DNA of 64,000 bases, taken from Sphingobacterium thalpophilum. Lineage in GTDB: Bacteria > Bacteroidota > Bacteroidia > Sphingobacteriales > Sphingobacteriaceae. Every line of letters starts with the position of its first letter. Within the stretch, counting starts at the first letter, position 1. Made by a program: the position numbers and the translations under genes. Location: positions 61-64,060 of the forward strand of contig CAMCMG010000003.1 of the NCBI GenBank assembly GCA_945875895.1. The letters run 5' to 3'. Shown piece by piece: positions 7,266-15,397 of the stretch. The notes beneath the pieces are model-generated. The model saw nothing but the letters and a program-made list of their open reading frames with translations. It had not been told where the DNA came from and made no database searches.

Positions 7266-7910
7266 ATGAATAGTATCTCTCATCAAATTCAACTCACTTT
7301 TCCTCAATTTGAACCTGCTTTAAAAGAGAAATTAGCAGAAATTTGCACCTATCGCGAATTTAAAGCCGGTGAATCGATGATGCAAACGGGGCAATATGTT
7401 AAATCAACCATGCTTATTTTGGAGGGTAGAGTTAAATTGTACAGGCAAGGTGAAGATGGCGGTGAGTTTTTTATGTATTACTTACAGCCCGGAAATGCGT
7501 GTGCACTTTCTATTATTTGTGCCACCCGACAGAAAAAAAGCGAAGTAATGGCCAAGGCCGTGGAAAATACTAAGGTTTTATTGGTGCCGATTGATCAATT
7601 GGATGAGCTGATGCATTTGTATAAATCGTGGTACCATTTTGTTTTGGAAACCTACCGAAACCGTTTTGAGGAAGTATTGGAAGTAGTAGATCAAGTAATT
7701 TTTAAGGGATTGGATGAACGCTTGTATTTTTATTTAAACAATCAATGTGAAAAACTAGGTACCTCCGATTTAAAGCTAACACACCAAGAAATAGCTAGTG
7801 ATTTGGGTTCTTCTAGGGAAGTAATATCTCGGTTATTGAAAAAAATGGAGCAAAAAGGTTTTGTTCATTTACATAGAAACTCATTAACCTGGGTTGGGGT
7901 GAACGCATAA
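7266..7910 (+). CDS. Crp/Fnr family transcriptional regulator
   Basis: It has an N-terminal cNMP-binding-like beta-roll and a C-terminal HTH (LTHQEIASDLGSSREVISRLLKKMEQKG). Length is 214 aa. Confidence 0.85.
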   Translation: MNSISHQIQLTFPQFEPALKEKLAEICTYREFKAGESMMQTGQYVKSTMLILEGRVKLYRQGEDGGEFFMYYLQPGNACALSIICATRQKKSEVMAKAVENTKVLLVPIDQLDELMHLYKSWYHFVLETYRNRFEEVLEVVDQVIFKGLDERLYFYLNNQCEKLGTSDLKLTHQEIASDLGSSREVISRLLKKMEQKGFVHLHRNSLTWVGVNA

Positions 7911-7972
7911 GTAACTTAAATCACCAACGCTTGCGTGTAAATAACTCAATTTTGTAAAAAAAAGGTAGTTAG

Positions 7973-8773
7973 ATGGAAATTTTAGGATATATAGCGGCCA
8001 TAGGTATTGGTCTTTCATTGGGTTTGGTAGGTGCTGGAGGTTCTATTTTAACCGTGCCGGTGTTGGTATATTTATTTGGTATAGATGCCACCTTAGCCAC
8101 GGCTTATTCTTTGGTTATTATTTCAGCAACTACCTCGGTGGGTGCTTTTAAAAATTATCAAAAGCAATTGGTCAGTTTTCCGGTAGCCTTCTCCTTTGGC
8201 TTAAGTTCTATGCTTACGGTATTTTTAATTCGCCATTTTATTTTGCCGGTCATTCCATCCGAGTTGTTTAGTTTTCAGGGGCTTGTGGTTTATAAATCAG
8301 CAGCCACCATGTTTGTATTTGCGCTGTTAATGTTGGTGGCAGCTTATTTTATGATACGAGCTCAGTCTACTACCCAAAAGCTTACTAATGCTCCGGCATC
8401 CGTACTTAAACTTTTGCTTTACGGCATTGGCGCTGGCTTAATTACCGGCTTTTTAGGAGCAGGCGGAGGTTTTGTACTTATTCCTGCATTGGTATTGGTA
8501 GTGCAACTGCCCATGAAAAAAGCGGTGGGTACCTCTTTGCTTATTATAGCCTTAAACTCCTTGGTTGGTATTGCTGGCGATTGGGGCCATGTGCAATTAG
8601 ATTGGATATTTGCCGCTTCACTTATTGCCTTAGCGCTGTTGGGACTTTTCATCGGCGTGGTGCTTTCTTCAAAACTCCCCGATACGCTATTAAAAAAATA
8701 TTTTGGTTGGTTTGTTTTTTGTATAGGTATAGTGGTAATGCTCTCAGAACTTTACAATTTGCTGTTAAAATAA
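7973..8773 (+). CDS. TauE/SafE family sulfite-exporter-like membrane protein
   Basis: 266 aa with about 8 TM segments and duplicated G-rich motifs (GLVGAGGSILTVP and GFLGAGGGFVLIP) typical of the TauE/SafE (DUF81) family. Confidence 0.8.
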   Translation: MEILGYIAAIGIGLSLGLVGAGGSILTVPVLVYLFGIDATLATAYSLVIISATTSVGAFKNYQKQLVSFPVAFSFGLSSMLTVFLIRHFILPVIPSELFSFQGLVVYKSAATMFVFALLMLVAAYFMIRAQSTTQKLTNAPASVLKLLLYGIGAGLITGFLGAGGGFVLIPALVLVVQLPMKKAVGTSLLIIALNSLVGIAGDWGHVQLDWIFAASLIALALLGLFIGVVLSSKLPDTLLKKYFGWFVFCIGIVVMLSELYNLLLK

Positions 8774-8799
8774 GCTACATGTGAAATAGTTAGTGCGGC

Positions 8800-8813
8800 G
8801 TGACCTTTGTCAC
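8800..8813. promoter_or_regulatory. Perfect palindrome GTGAC-CTTT-GTCAC; candidate Crp/Fnr-family operator
   Basis: 5-N4-5 inverted repeat in the TauE to MBL intergenic region, about 30 bp upstream of a TAnnTTTG box. A second palindrome, AATAGCGCTATT, lies at 8817-8828. Confidence 0.4.
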
Positions 8814-8835
8814 TTGAATAGCGCTATTTTAAAAA

Positions 8836-8843
8836 TATCTTTG
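8836..8843 (+). promoter_or_regulatory. Bacteroidota-type -7 promoter box (TATCTTTG)
   Basis: It matches the TAnnTTTG consensus and ends 27 nt upstream of the ATG at 8871. Confidence 0.4.
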
Positions 8844-8870
8844 TAATAAATAATACTATCCTGTTTATAT

Positions 8871-10289
8871 ATGAAAATAGAACAAATTTATACCGGTTGT
8901 TTAGCGCAAGGTGCTTATTACATTCAATCTGGAAACGAAGCAGTGATTATAGATCCCTTGCGTGAAGTACAACCCTACATAGAAAAAGCAGAAAAAAACG
9001 GTGCTAAAATTAAATACGTATTGGAAACTCATTTCCATGCCGATTTTGTTTCTGGCCATATAGATTTAGCTAAAAAAACAGGCGCCACTATTGTGTATGG
9101 TCCTTTGGCAAATCCCACGTTTGAAGCCCACATTGCACACGATGGTGAAGTATTAACAGTAGGTACGCTTAAAATAAAAGTACTACACACTCCCGGGCAT
9201 ACCATGGAATCTACCTGTTATTTATTGTTGGATGAAAACGATAAAGAAATAGCGCTATTCTCAGGCGATACTTTATTTATTGGCGATGTAGGTCGCCCAG
9301 ATTTGGCTCAAAAAGCTGCCCACCTTACTCAAGAAGAATTAGCCGGAACACTATTTGATTCGTTAAGAAACAAAATAATGCCGCTGCCTGATGATATCAT
9401 CGTTTACCCAGCTCATGGTGCAGGATCTGCCTGTGGTAAAAACATGAGCAAAGAAACGAGTGATACCTTGGGGAATCAGAGAAAATTCAATTATGCTCTC
9501 CGAGCCAATATGACTCGAGATGAATTTATTGCCGAAGTAACCGACGGCCTTTTGCCACCACCGGCCTATTTCCCCGAAAATGTTCGCTTAAATAAACATG
9601 GCTATGCATCCATCGATTCGGTATTAGCCAAAGGCACCCAAGCTTTATCTCCGGCTGCCTTTGAGGCGGCGGCTAACGAAACTGGAGCCCTTATTTTAGA
9701 TACCCGCGATGCGCAAGTATTTGCGAAAGGATTTATTCCAAATTCTATAAATATTGGCTTGGGTGGTAGTTTTGCACCTTGGGTAGGAGCACTCATTCCA
9801 GATATCAATCAGCCTATATTAATTGTTGATGAAGCCGGCCGAGAACAAGAAGTAGTTACCCGTTTAGCCCGTGTTGGTTACGATAATGCCCTTGGGTTTT
9901 TACAAGGAGGCATAAGCGCATGGCAAGAGGCTGGCCACGATTTAGATAGCATTGAAACTATTAGTGCCGAAGAAACAGCCGCTCGGTTAGCAGCTGAGCC
10001 AGCCGCCATTTTATTAGATGTGCGTAAAATATCGGAGAACTATTCTGAGCATGTTTTGGGCGCTCAAAATTTACCTTTAGATGTGGTTAACGAGGAAATG
10101 GCTTCTCTCAATCCCGATAAAACCTATTACATTCATTGTGCGGGCGGTTACCGGTCCATGATATTTGCGTCCATTTTAAAAGCCCGTGGATTTGATAAGT
10201 TAATTGATGTGCAAGGCGGATTTAAAGCCATTAAAGACAGCGAAAAGTTTGAAGTGAGCCCGTACCTCTGCCCAAGCACCATGTTATAA
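8871..10289 (+). CDS. MBL-fold hydrolase fused to rhodanese domains (persulfide dioxygenase-rhodanese type)
   Basis: The metal motif HFHADFVSGH plus TPGHT and the downstream D/H ligands are present. The C-terminal half carries two rhodanese-like modules, the last with an active-site loop HCAGGYRS. Confidence 0.85.
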   Translation: MKIEQIYTGCLAQGAYYIQSGNEAVIIDPLREVQPYIEKAEKNGAKIKYVLETHFHADFVSGHIDLAKKTGATIVYGPLANPTFEAHIAHDGEVLTVGTLKIKVLHTPGHTMESTCYLLLDENDKEIALFSGDTLFIGDVGRPDLAQKAAHLTQEELAGTLFDSLRNKIMPLPDDIIVYPAHGAGSACGKNMSKETSDTLGNQRKFNYALRANMTRDEFIAEVTDGLLPPPAYFPENVRLNKHGYASIDSVLAKGTQALSPAAFEAAANETGALILDTRDAQVFAKGFIPNSINIGLGGSFAPWVGALIPDINQPILIVDEAGREQEVVTRLARVGYDNALGFLQGGISAWQEAGHDLDSIETISAEETAARLAAEPAAILLDVRKISENYSEHVLGAQNLPLDVVNEEMASLNPDKTYYIHCAGGYRSMIFASILKARGFDKLIDVQGGFKAIKDSEKFEVSPYLCPSTML

Positions 10290-10302
10290 TTTTATATACC
10301 CT

Positions 10303-10866
10303 ATGGCTATCTCTGAATTTTTATTGGCCCCTTGGCCTTGGTATTTCTCAGGCTTTTTAATTGCCTGCATTATGTTTATCTTGTTATTTTTCGGCCGTAC
10401 TTTTGGTTTCTCTTCCAATTTTAGAACCATTTGTGCCGCTTGTGGAGCAGGTAAAAAAACTACTTTCTTTGCTTTTGAATGGAAAGAACAACGCTGGAAT
10501 CTTTTATTTTTGGTAGGGTCGGTAATCGGGGGATTTGTAGCCACACATTTTTTGAGCACAGATGCCGCATTAAAACTATCTGCTAGCACCATTGCTCAAT
10601 TAAAAGAAGTGGGTATTGCATTTGATGGGGGATTGAATCCAGCACAAATTTTCAGTTTCGATTTCATGTTTTCCACCAGGGGATTTCTCATCTTACTTTT
10701 AGGAGGCTTTTTGGTTGGTTTCGGTTCTAGGTACGCCGGTGGATGTACTTCTGGGCATGCCATTACCGGCTTGTCTAGCTTACAAATCCCTTCATTAATT
10801 GCAGTTATTGGGTTTTTTATAGGAGGTTTAGTGATGACCTATTTTATTTTACCCATTTTATTCTAG
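10303..10866 (+). CDS. YeeE/YedE family sulfur-compound transporter component (first half-protein)
   Basis: Multi-TM protein with the conserved Cys motif RYAGGCTSGHAITG. Confidence 0.8.
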   Translation: MAISEFLLAPWPWYFSGFLIACIMFILLFFGRTFGFSSNFRTICAACGAGKKTTFFAFEWKEQRWNLLFLVGSVIGGFVATHFLSTDAALKLSASTIAQLKEVGIAFDGGLNPAQIFSFDFMFSTRGFLILLLGGFLVGFGSRYAGGCTSGHAITGLSSLQIPSLIAVIGFFIGGLVMTYFILPILF

Positions 10867-10869
10867 CAC

Positions 10870-11283
10870 ATGAAAGCATTAAAATTTATATTCACCGGCA
10901 TTCTTTTCGGTATTGTAATGACTAAATCGGAAGCCATTTCTTGGTACAGAATACAAGAAATGTTTCGCTTTCAATCTTTTCATATGTTTGGTATTATTGG
11001 CACAGCCGTAGCTATTGGAATTATTGGGGTTTATCTCATAAAAAAATATAAACTGAAAGATATAGATGGCCAATCCATAGTAATACCTACCAAAGATAAA
11101 GGCTGGAAAAGAGCACTTTTAGGCGGAATTATTTTCGGATTGGGTTGGGCGCTTACCGGAGCTTGCCCGGGCCCCATGTTTATTAATGTGGGTGCTGGGT
11201 ATTTAGTCATGCTATTGGTTATTTTTGGGGCCGTGTTAGGCACCTATATCTACGGAATGCTAAAAGATAAACTTCCACATTAA
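10870..11283 (+). CDS. YeeE/YedE family sulfur-compound transporter component (second half-protein)
   Basis: 137 aa with about 4 TM segments and the motif GWALTGACPGP. It starts 3 nt after the preceding gene. Confidence 0.75.
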   Translation: MKALKFIFTGILFGIVMTKSEAISWYRIQEMFRFQSFHMFGIIGTAVAIGIIGVYLIKKYKLKDIDGQSIVIPTKDKGWKRALLGGIIFGLGWALTGACPGPMFINVGAGYLVMLLVIFGAVLGTYIYGMLKDKLPH

Positions 11284-11291
11284 TTATAACC

Positions 11292-11672
11292 ATGAGCCAA
11301 CTACAAGCCGTTATCAATTGCAAATGCCCCCGTTGTCGCCAGGGCGATTTGTATACCCATAGTTTGTTTAGTTTGAACTATGCTTCTATGCATGAGCATT
11401 GCCCAGTTTGCAATTTACGTTACGAAATTGAGCCCGGCTTTTTTTGGGCAGCCATGTATGTAAGCTATGCGTTTAATGTAGCCGAATTGGTAATTACCGG
11501 AGTAATTGCTGCACAGTTTTTGGGCGAAAAGGAGATTTGGTGGCTTATTGCGGTGGTATTATCACCTATTTTTATTCTAATGCCTTTTAATTTCAGGTAT
11601 TCAAGAGTTTTGCTATTGCATTTCTTGTCGCCTATTAAATTTAATAAGAGCTATCAGAAAAAGAACTTTTAG
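11292..11672 (+). CDS. DUF983-like membrane protein with a Cys4 zinc-ribbon
   Basis: CPRCRQGDL...CPVCNLRYE is followed by two TM segments. Confidence 0.65.
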   Translation: MSQLQAVINCKCPRCRQGDLYTHSLFSLNYASMHEHCPVCNLRYEIEPGFFWAAMYVSYAFNVAELVITGVIAAQFLGEKEIWWLIAVVLSPIFILMPFNFRYSRVLLLHFLSPIKFNKSYQKKNF

Positions 11673-12745
11673 GTGGTTATGCGTAGTGAAATGGTAGATT
11701 GACCATTTTGATACGTATGGCTAAGATCCCAATTATTGCGCTTTGCCAATTCTTTGCATAAGTAAACTCCTAATCCACTTCCTTGTTGTTCTTGGGTATC
11801 GCGATTTAATTGTCTAAATGCCTCTGCATGTTCAAAAAAATCAGTTGGTAGGGTTTGGTTACTAATTCTTATGGTTATACTCTCTTTTTGTTCCGTAATT
11901 TCTAGGCCAATAGGCGTATTTTTTTCCGAAAAGCGTAGGGCGTTCCAAAGTAATTCTTCAATACTATAAAATAAGTCGTTTTTTACTAGGCTTAACGAAA
12001 AATCTTTGGTTAAAGTTGATTGAAAGTGGCAATCGGCTACCCGATCTAATTTCAACGCTTTTTCTGTTAAGGTGCTTTTACACGTATCTTCCAACCATTT
12101 TTTATTAATTATAGATTTAGGCATTTCAAGCACTTCTTCTCTTTCTAATTGCATGTAAAGCATAAAATTCCGGAAGGTACGGTATAAGCGTTTGGCCGAA
12201 ATTTTTATATCCTGCGCCAGGGCTGTTAATTCATCCCTACTTAATTTATTCTCGGCATCTAACAATACATCTGTTAAGCCAATAATACCATTTAGTGGGG
12301 TATTGTACTCGTGGCTATTAATTTTCGAGAAGGTATTAAGCTTCGTGTAAACCGCTTTTTGTATTCCTTTTTGTGTACTCGATTGTTTTTGCCTGCGTAT
12401 TTCTACGGCATTTAAAACGTCTTTCGAACTAAAGGGTTTTATAATATAATCATCTGCCCCCAATTCCATACCTAAGCGTTGGTCGGCCCGATCTGCTTTA
12501 GCGGTTATGAAAATAAATGGAATGTTGGCTGTTTTATCGCTCGATTTTAGGGCTTGCAGCACTTCATATCCATCCATTTTGGGCATCATAATATCGCAAA
12601 GCACCAAATCAGGGAGTTGTTGGTGTATGGCAGCTAAGCCCTCTAAGCCATTGGGGTAACACTCTGCCTCAAAGCCATGTGCTTGTAGCAATTCCTGTAA
12701 ATTTTCTCTGATAGACGAGTCGTCTTCAATCACTAAAATATTCAT
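11669..12745 (-). CDS. Hybrid response-regulator / histidine kinase (N-terminal REC, then HisKA and HATPase)
   Basis: REC motifs are ILVIEDD, LVLCDIMMPKMDG and ITAKAD. The H-box is SHEYNTPLNGIIG, the N-box ELLWNALRFS and the G-box GSGLGVYLC. There is no TM segment or sensor domain. Confidence 0.82.
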   Translation of the reverse strand: MNILVIEDDSSIRENLQELLQAHGFEAECYPNGLEGLAAIHQQLPDLVLCDIMMPKMDGYEVLQALKSSDKTANIPFIFITAKADRADQRLGMELGADDYIIKPFSSKDVLNAVEIRRQKQSSTQKGIQKAVYTKLNTFSKINSHEYNTPLNGIIGLTDVLLDAENKLSRDELTALAQDIKISAKRLYRTFRNFMLYMQLEREEVLEMPKSIINKKWLEDTCKSTLTEKALKLDRVADCHFQSTLTKDFSLSLVKNDLFYSIEELLWNALRFSEKNTPIGLEITEQKESITIRISNQTLPTDFFEHAEAFRQLNRDTQEQQGSGLGVYLCKELAKRNNWDLSHTYQNGQSTISLRITT

Positions 12746-12762
12746 ACGGCATTTTTGGTGTG

Positions 12763-14262
12763 TTAAGCCGGGATAGTTACTTCAAAAGTAGATCCCTTAT
12801 TTTCTGCACTTTTGAAGTTAATTTTACCTTTATGTATAGCTACGAAGTTTTTTACAACCACCAAGCCAAGGCCTGTACCTTCGATATTACCCGAATTGGA
12901 AGCCCTCATAAATGCAGTAAACAATTGTTTTTGTTCTGCAAGAGGTATGCCAATGCCAAAATCTTGAATCTTAAAATTTAGTTTATTGAGCGAAAACTCG
13001 ATGGTAATTTCTGGCAGGGGTTTATCTACAGAATATTTGAAGGCATTGCTTAGTAAATTGCCTAAAATATGTTTCAATAAGTTCTGATCTACTTCCCCTT
13101 GGCGTATTTTCCCAATAGTGTGAATTTTCACCTTTTTTTGGGCAATTATTTCCCCAAATGGTTGTTCAAGGAGTTCGTTAACCAAGGCAAGAATATCCGT
13201 TTTTTCTGGTTTAAATGGTATTTTGCCGGCATCTGTCATTCCAACCAACAATACATCATTCATGAGGGCACTTACACGGGTTATTTGGTTTTTTATGCGT
13301 TCTAAATGTTTATCGGTTTTTTCCTTCAGGGCAGCGTCTACATCTTTGGTAATAAGCTCTAGCAAATCTACACTCGATAAAATACCGGCCATTGGGGTGC
13401 GTATTTCGTGCGAAACCATATTTACAAAGCGTGTTTGCAACTCATTAAGCTCACGTTCTTTTTGAATACTTTTAATGAGTTCTTTTTCTGCCTGCTTTTG
13501 TTTGGTTATACCTACACCATAGCCTACCATGTAGCGAAACGCTCCCTTATTGTCATATAATGGGTTAAATTTTCGCAGTATTACATCTGTGCTGCCGTCT
13601 GGTTTGGCTAACTCATCTTCCCATTCAATTTGTTCTTTGGCTTGTAGTGCTTGTATAAACTTTTCTCGTCTAGCTAATGCAATTTTTGGATCTTTGTTTC
13701 GGGCTTCGCAATATTCAAAATCGTCTTTTCCTACAATCCACTCCCGCAGTTCTTTGTTTTTTATGGCCGTTTTATTCAGATATACATACCTGTGATCTTT
13801 GTCGAAAATAGCAATGTCAGCTGGTAAACTATCTAATATTTCAGCAGAAAACTCTTTTTCCTTCTCCAAGGCAATCTCTGCATTTTTAGTTAAGGTAATG
13901 TCTTTATAAGTCCATATATGGCCGGCAAATACGGTGTCTTTAAAATAGGGCATATAACTAGCCGCTAAATATCGGTCATCAACTAAAGCTAGTTCTATAT
14001 CAACTAATTCTTGTTTCAGCGCTAACGCCTTTTCTATAAAGGCTAAGAATTTTTCGGGTACTTTAAAGTAATTTTTAGATTCTTGAGCCATGTTGGCGCA
14101 ATCGAGCCCTATGAGTGCATTTGGCGGTGCCGGTATGGCAAATAGGTCGCAAAAATATTGGTTCGCAAAACTGATTTTACGATGTTCATCTTCCGCCAAT
14201 ACCGCTAAAGGCAGTTTAAATAATACTTCTTGTGCTCTATTAAATTCGGTGTTTGCAAACAT
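12763..14262 (-). CDS. Cytoplasmic PAS-domain sensor histidine kinase
   Basis: Two PAS-like modules are followed by H-box SHEIRTPMAGI, N-box LLSNAFKYS and G-boxes DFGIGIP and GTGLGLVVV. I see no TM segment. Confidence 0.85.
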   Translation of the reverse strand: MFANTEFNRAQEVLFKLPLAVLAEDEHRKISFANQYFCDLFAIPAPPNALIGLDCANMAQESKNYFKVPEKFLAFIEKALALKQELVDIELALVDDRYLAASYMPYFKDTVFAGHIWTYKDITLTKNAEIALEKEKEFSAEILDSLPADIAIFDKDHRYVYLNKTAIKNKELREWIVGKDDFEYCEARNKDPKIALARREKFIQALQAKEQIEWEDELAKPDGSTDVILRKFNPLYDNKGAFRYMVGYGVGITKQKQAEKELIKSIQKERELNELQTRFVNMVSHEIRTPMAGILSSVDLLELITKDVDAALKEKTDKHLERIKNQITRVSALMNDVLLVGMTDAGKIPFKPEKTDILALVNELLEQPFGEIIAQKKVKIHTIGKIRQGEVDQNLLKHILGNLLSNAFKYSVDKPLPEITIEFSLNKLNFKIQDFGIGIPLAEQKQLFTAFMRASNSGNIEGTGLGLVVVKNFVAIHKGKINFKSAENKGSTFEVTIPA

Positions 14263-14278
14263 GGTATTGCATTCTGTT

Positions 14279-14647
14279 TTACAGTAGTATATCTAACACT
14301 TCTTGTAGCTGATCTTTGTTTAGAGGCTTTTGCAAAAAGTGTTGGATGGCTATTTTTTTCATTTGTTCGGCTAGTTGCTCAACTTCACCTGCCGATATAA
14401 ATACAATTGGCATGCCAGAATTAAGTTCTCTAATAGCGGCAGCGGTTTCAAAACCATCCATGTGTGGCATATAAATGTCTAATAAAACCAGGTCAATAGC
14501 TTTTTCCTTCAAGATAGCTAAACCTTCTTCTCCACTAGTTGCACTTTCTGTGGTGTAACCCATAGAATGTAACAGATGCTTTAACACTAAAAGATTAATG
14601 CTATCATCATCAATACAAAGAATTGTTTTACTGGTTGGTGTGCTCAT
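14279..14647 (-). CDS. Stand-alone response-regulator receiver (REC) protein
   Basis: 122 aa containing ILCIDDD, the phospho-acceptor context LVLLDIYMPHMDG, and a conserved Lys region (LQKPL). Confidence 0.85.
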   Translation of the reverse strand: MSTPTSKTILCIDDDSINLLVLKHLLHSMGYTTESATSGEEGLAILKEKAIDLVLLDIYMPHMDGFETAAAIRELNSGMPIVFISAGEVEQLAEQMKKIAIQHFLQKPLNKDQLQEVLDILL

Positions 14648-14651
14648 CTTT

Positions 14652-15296
14652 TTATTCTTCCATTTTGGCCGCTAATTGCGATCGAGAATTTACGCCCACT
14701 TTTTGGTAGATATGTTTTAGGTGTTGGTTTACGGTTCTAGCCGAAATAAAAAGCTGATCGGCAATTTGCTGGTAAGATAAACCCGATTTTATGAAGCGTG
14801 CTATTTCTCGTTCTTTGGGCGTAAGGCGGTTTATTATGGCGTTTATTTTTTGCATTTTTTGTCCTACACTGGCAATTAATATTCGTGCAGCGCTTGGGGA
14901 AAGGGCAGCTCCATGATTTAGCAGACTGTGTAATGCTTCGCTAACGGCATTTAGCGACATATTCTTGGTTAAAAAGCCTGCTGCACCAGTACTAAATGCC
15001 GACATCACGCTCTCTTTGTCGTCAAAAGCAGTCATCATAACTATGCGTGTGCCAGCTAAGCGTTCATGCAAAAGAGGTATTCCTTCAATGCCATTAATCT
15101 CGGGCAATTGTATATCTAGTAATACAATATCCGGAATGGCTAGGTAATTCGATTTCATGTAGGTGAACAAATCAGGAATCGTGCCAAAAGCAAACGTGCA
15201 GGTAAATTCATCGCTGCCATCGAAATACTCTTTGTAATTTTCTAATAGAAGCTCATTGTCTTCAATAAAACCTATTTTAATTGGGTTGTTGGCCAT
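14652..15296 (-). CDS. LuxR/NarL-family DNA-binding response regulator
   Basis: A REC domain (IVLLDIQLPEING) is followed by a LuxR-type HTH (LTPKEREIARFIKSGLSYQQIADQLFISARTVNQHLKHIYQKVGV). Confidence 0.88.
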   Translation of the reverse strand: MANNPIKIGFIEDNELLLENYKEYFDGSDEFTCTFAFGTIPDLFTYMKSNYLAIPDIVLLDIQLPEINGIEGIPLLHERLAGTRIVMMTAFDDKESVMSAFSTGAAGFLTKNMSLNAVSEALHSLLNHGAALSPSAARILIASVGQKMQKINAIINRLTPKEREIARFIKSGLSYQQIADQLFISARTVNQHLKHIYQKVGVNSRSQLAAKMEE

Positions 15297-15346
15297 GTGT
15301 ATCTAGTATAAGTACCTAAAAATAGGTATAAATTACTATAACATCC

Positions 15347-15376
15347 AAAAAAAAAGAGCCATTTTTGTATGGCTCT
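15347..15376 (-). terminator. Rho-independent terminator after the outer-membrane protein gene
   Basis: 8-bp stem AGAGCCAT/ATGGCTCT followed, on the minus strand, by nine T. Confidence 0.75.
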
Positions 15377-15397
15377 TTTGACGATAGATAAAGTGGT

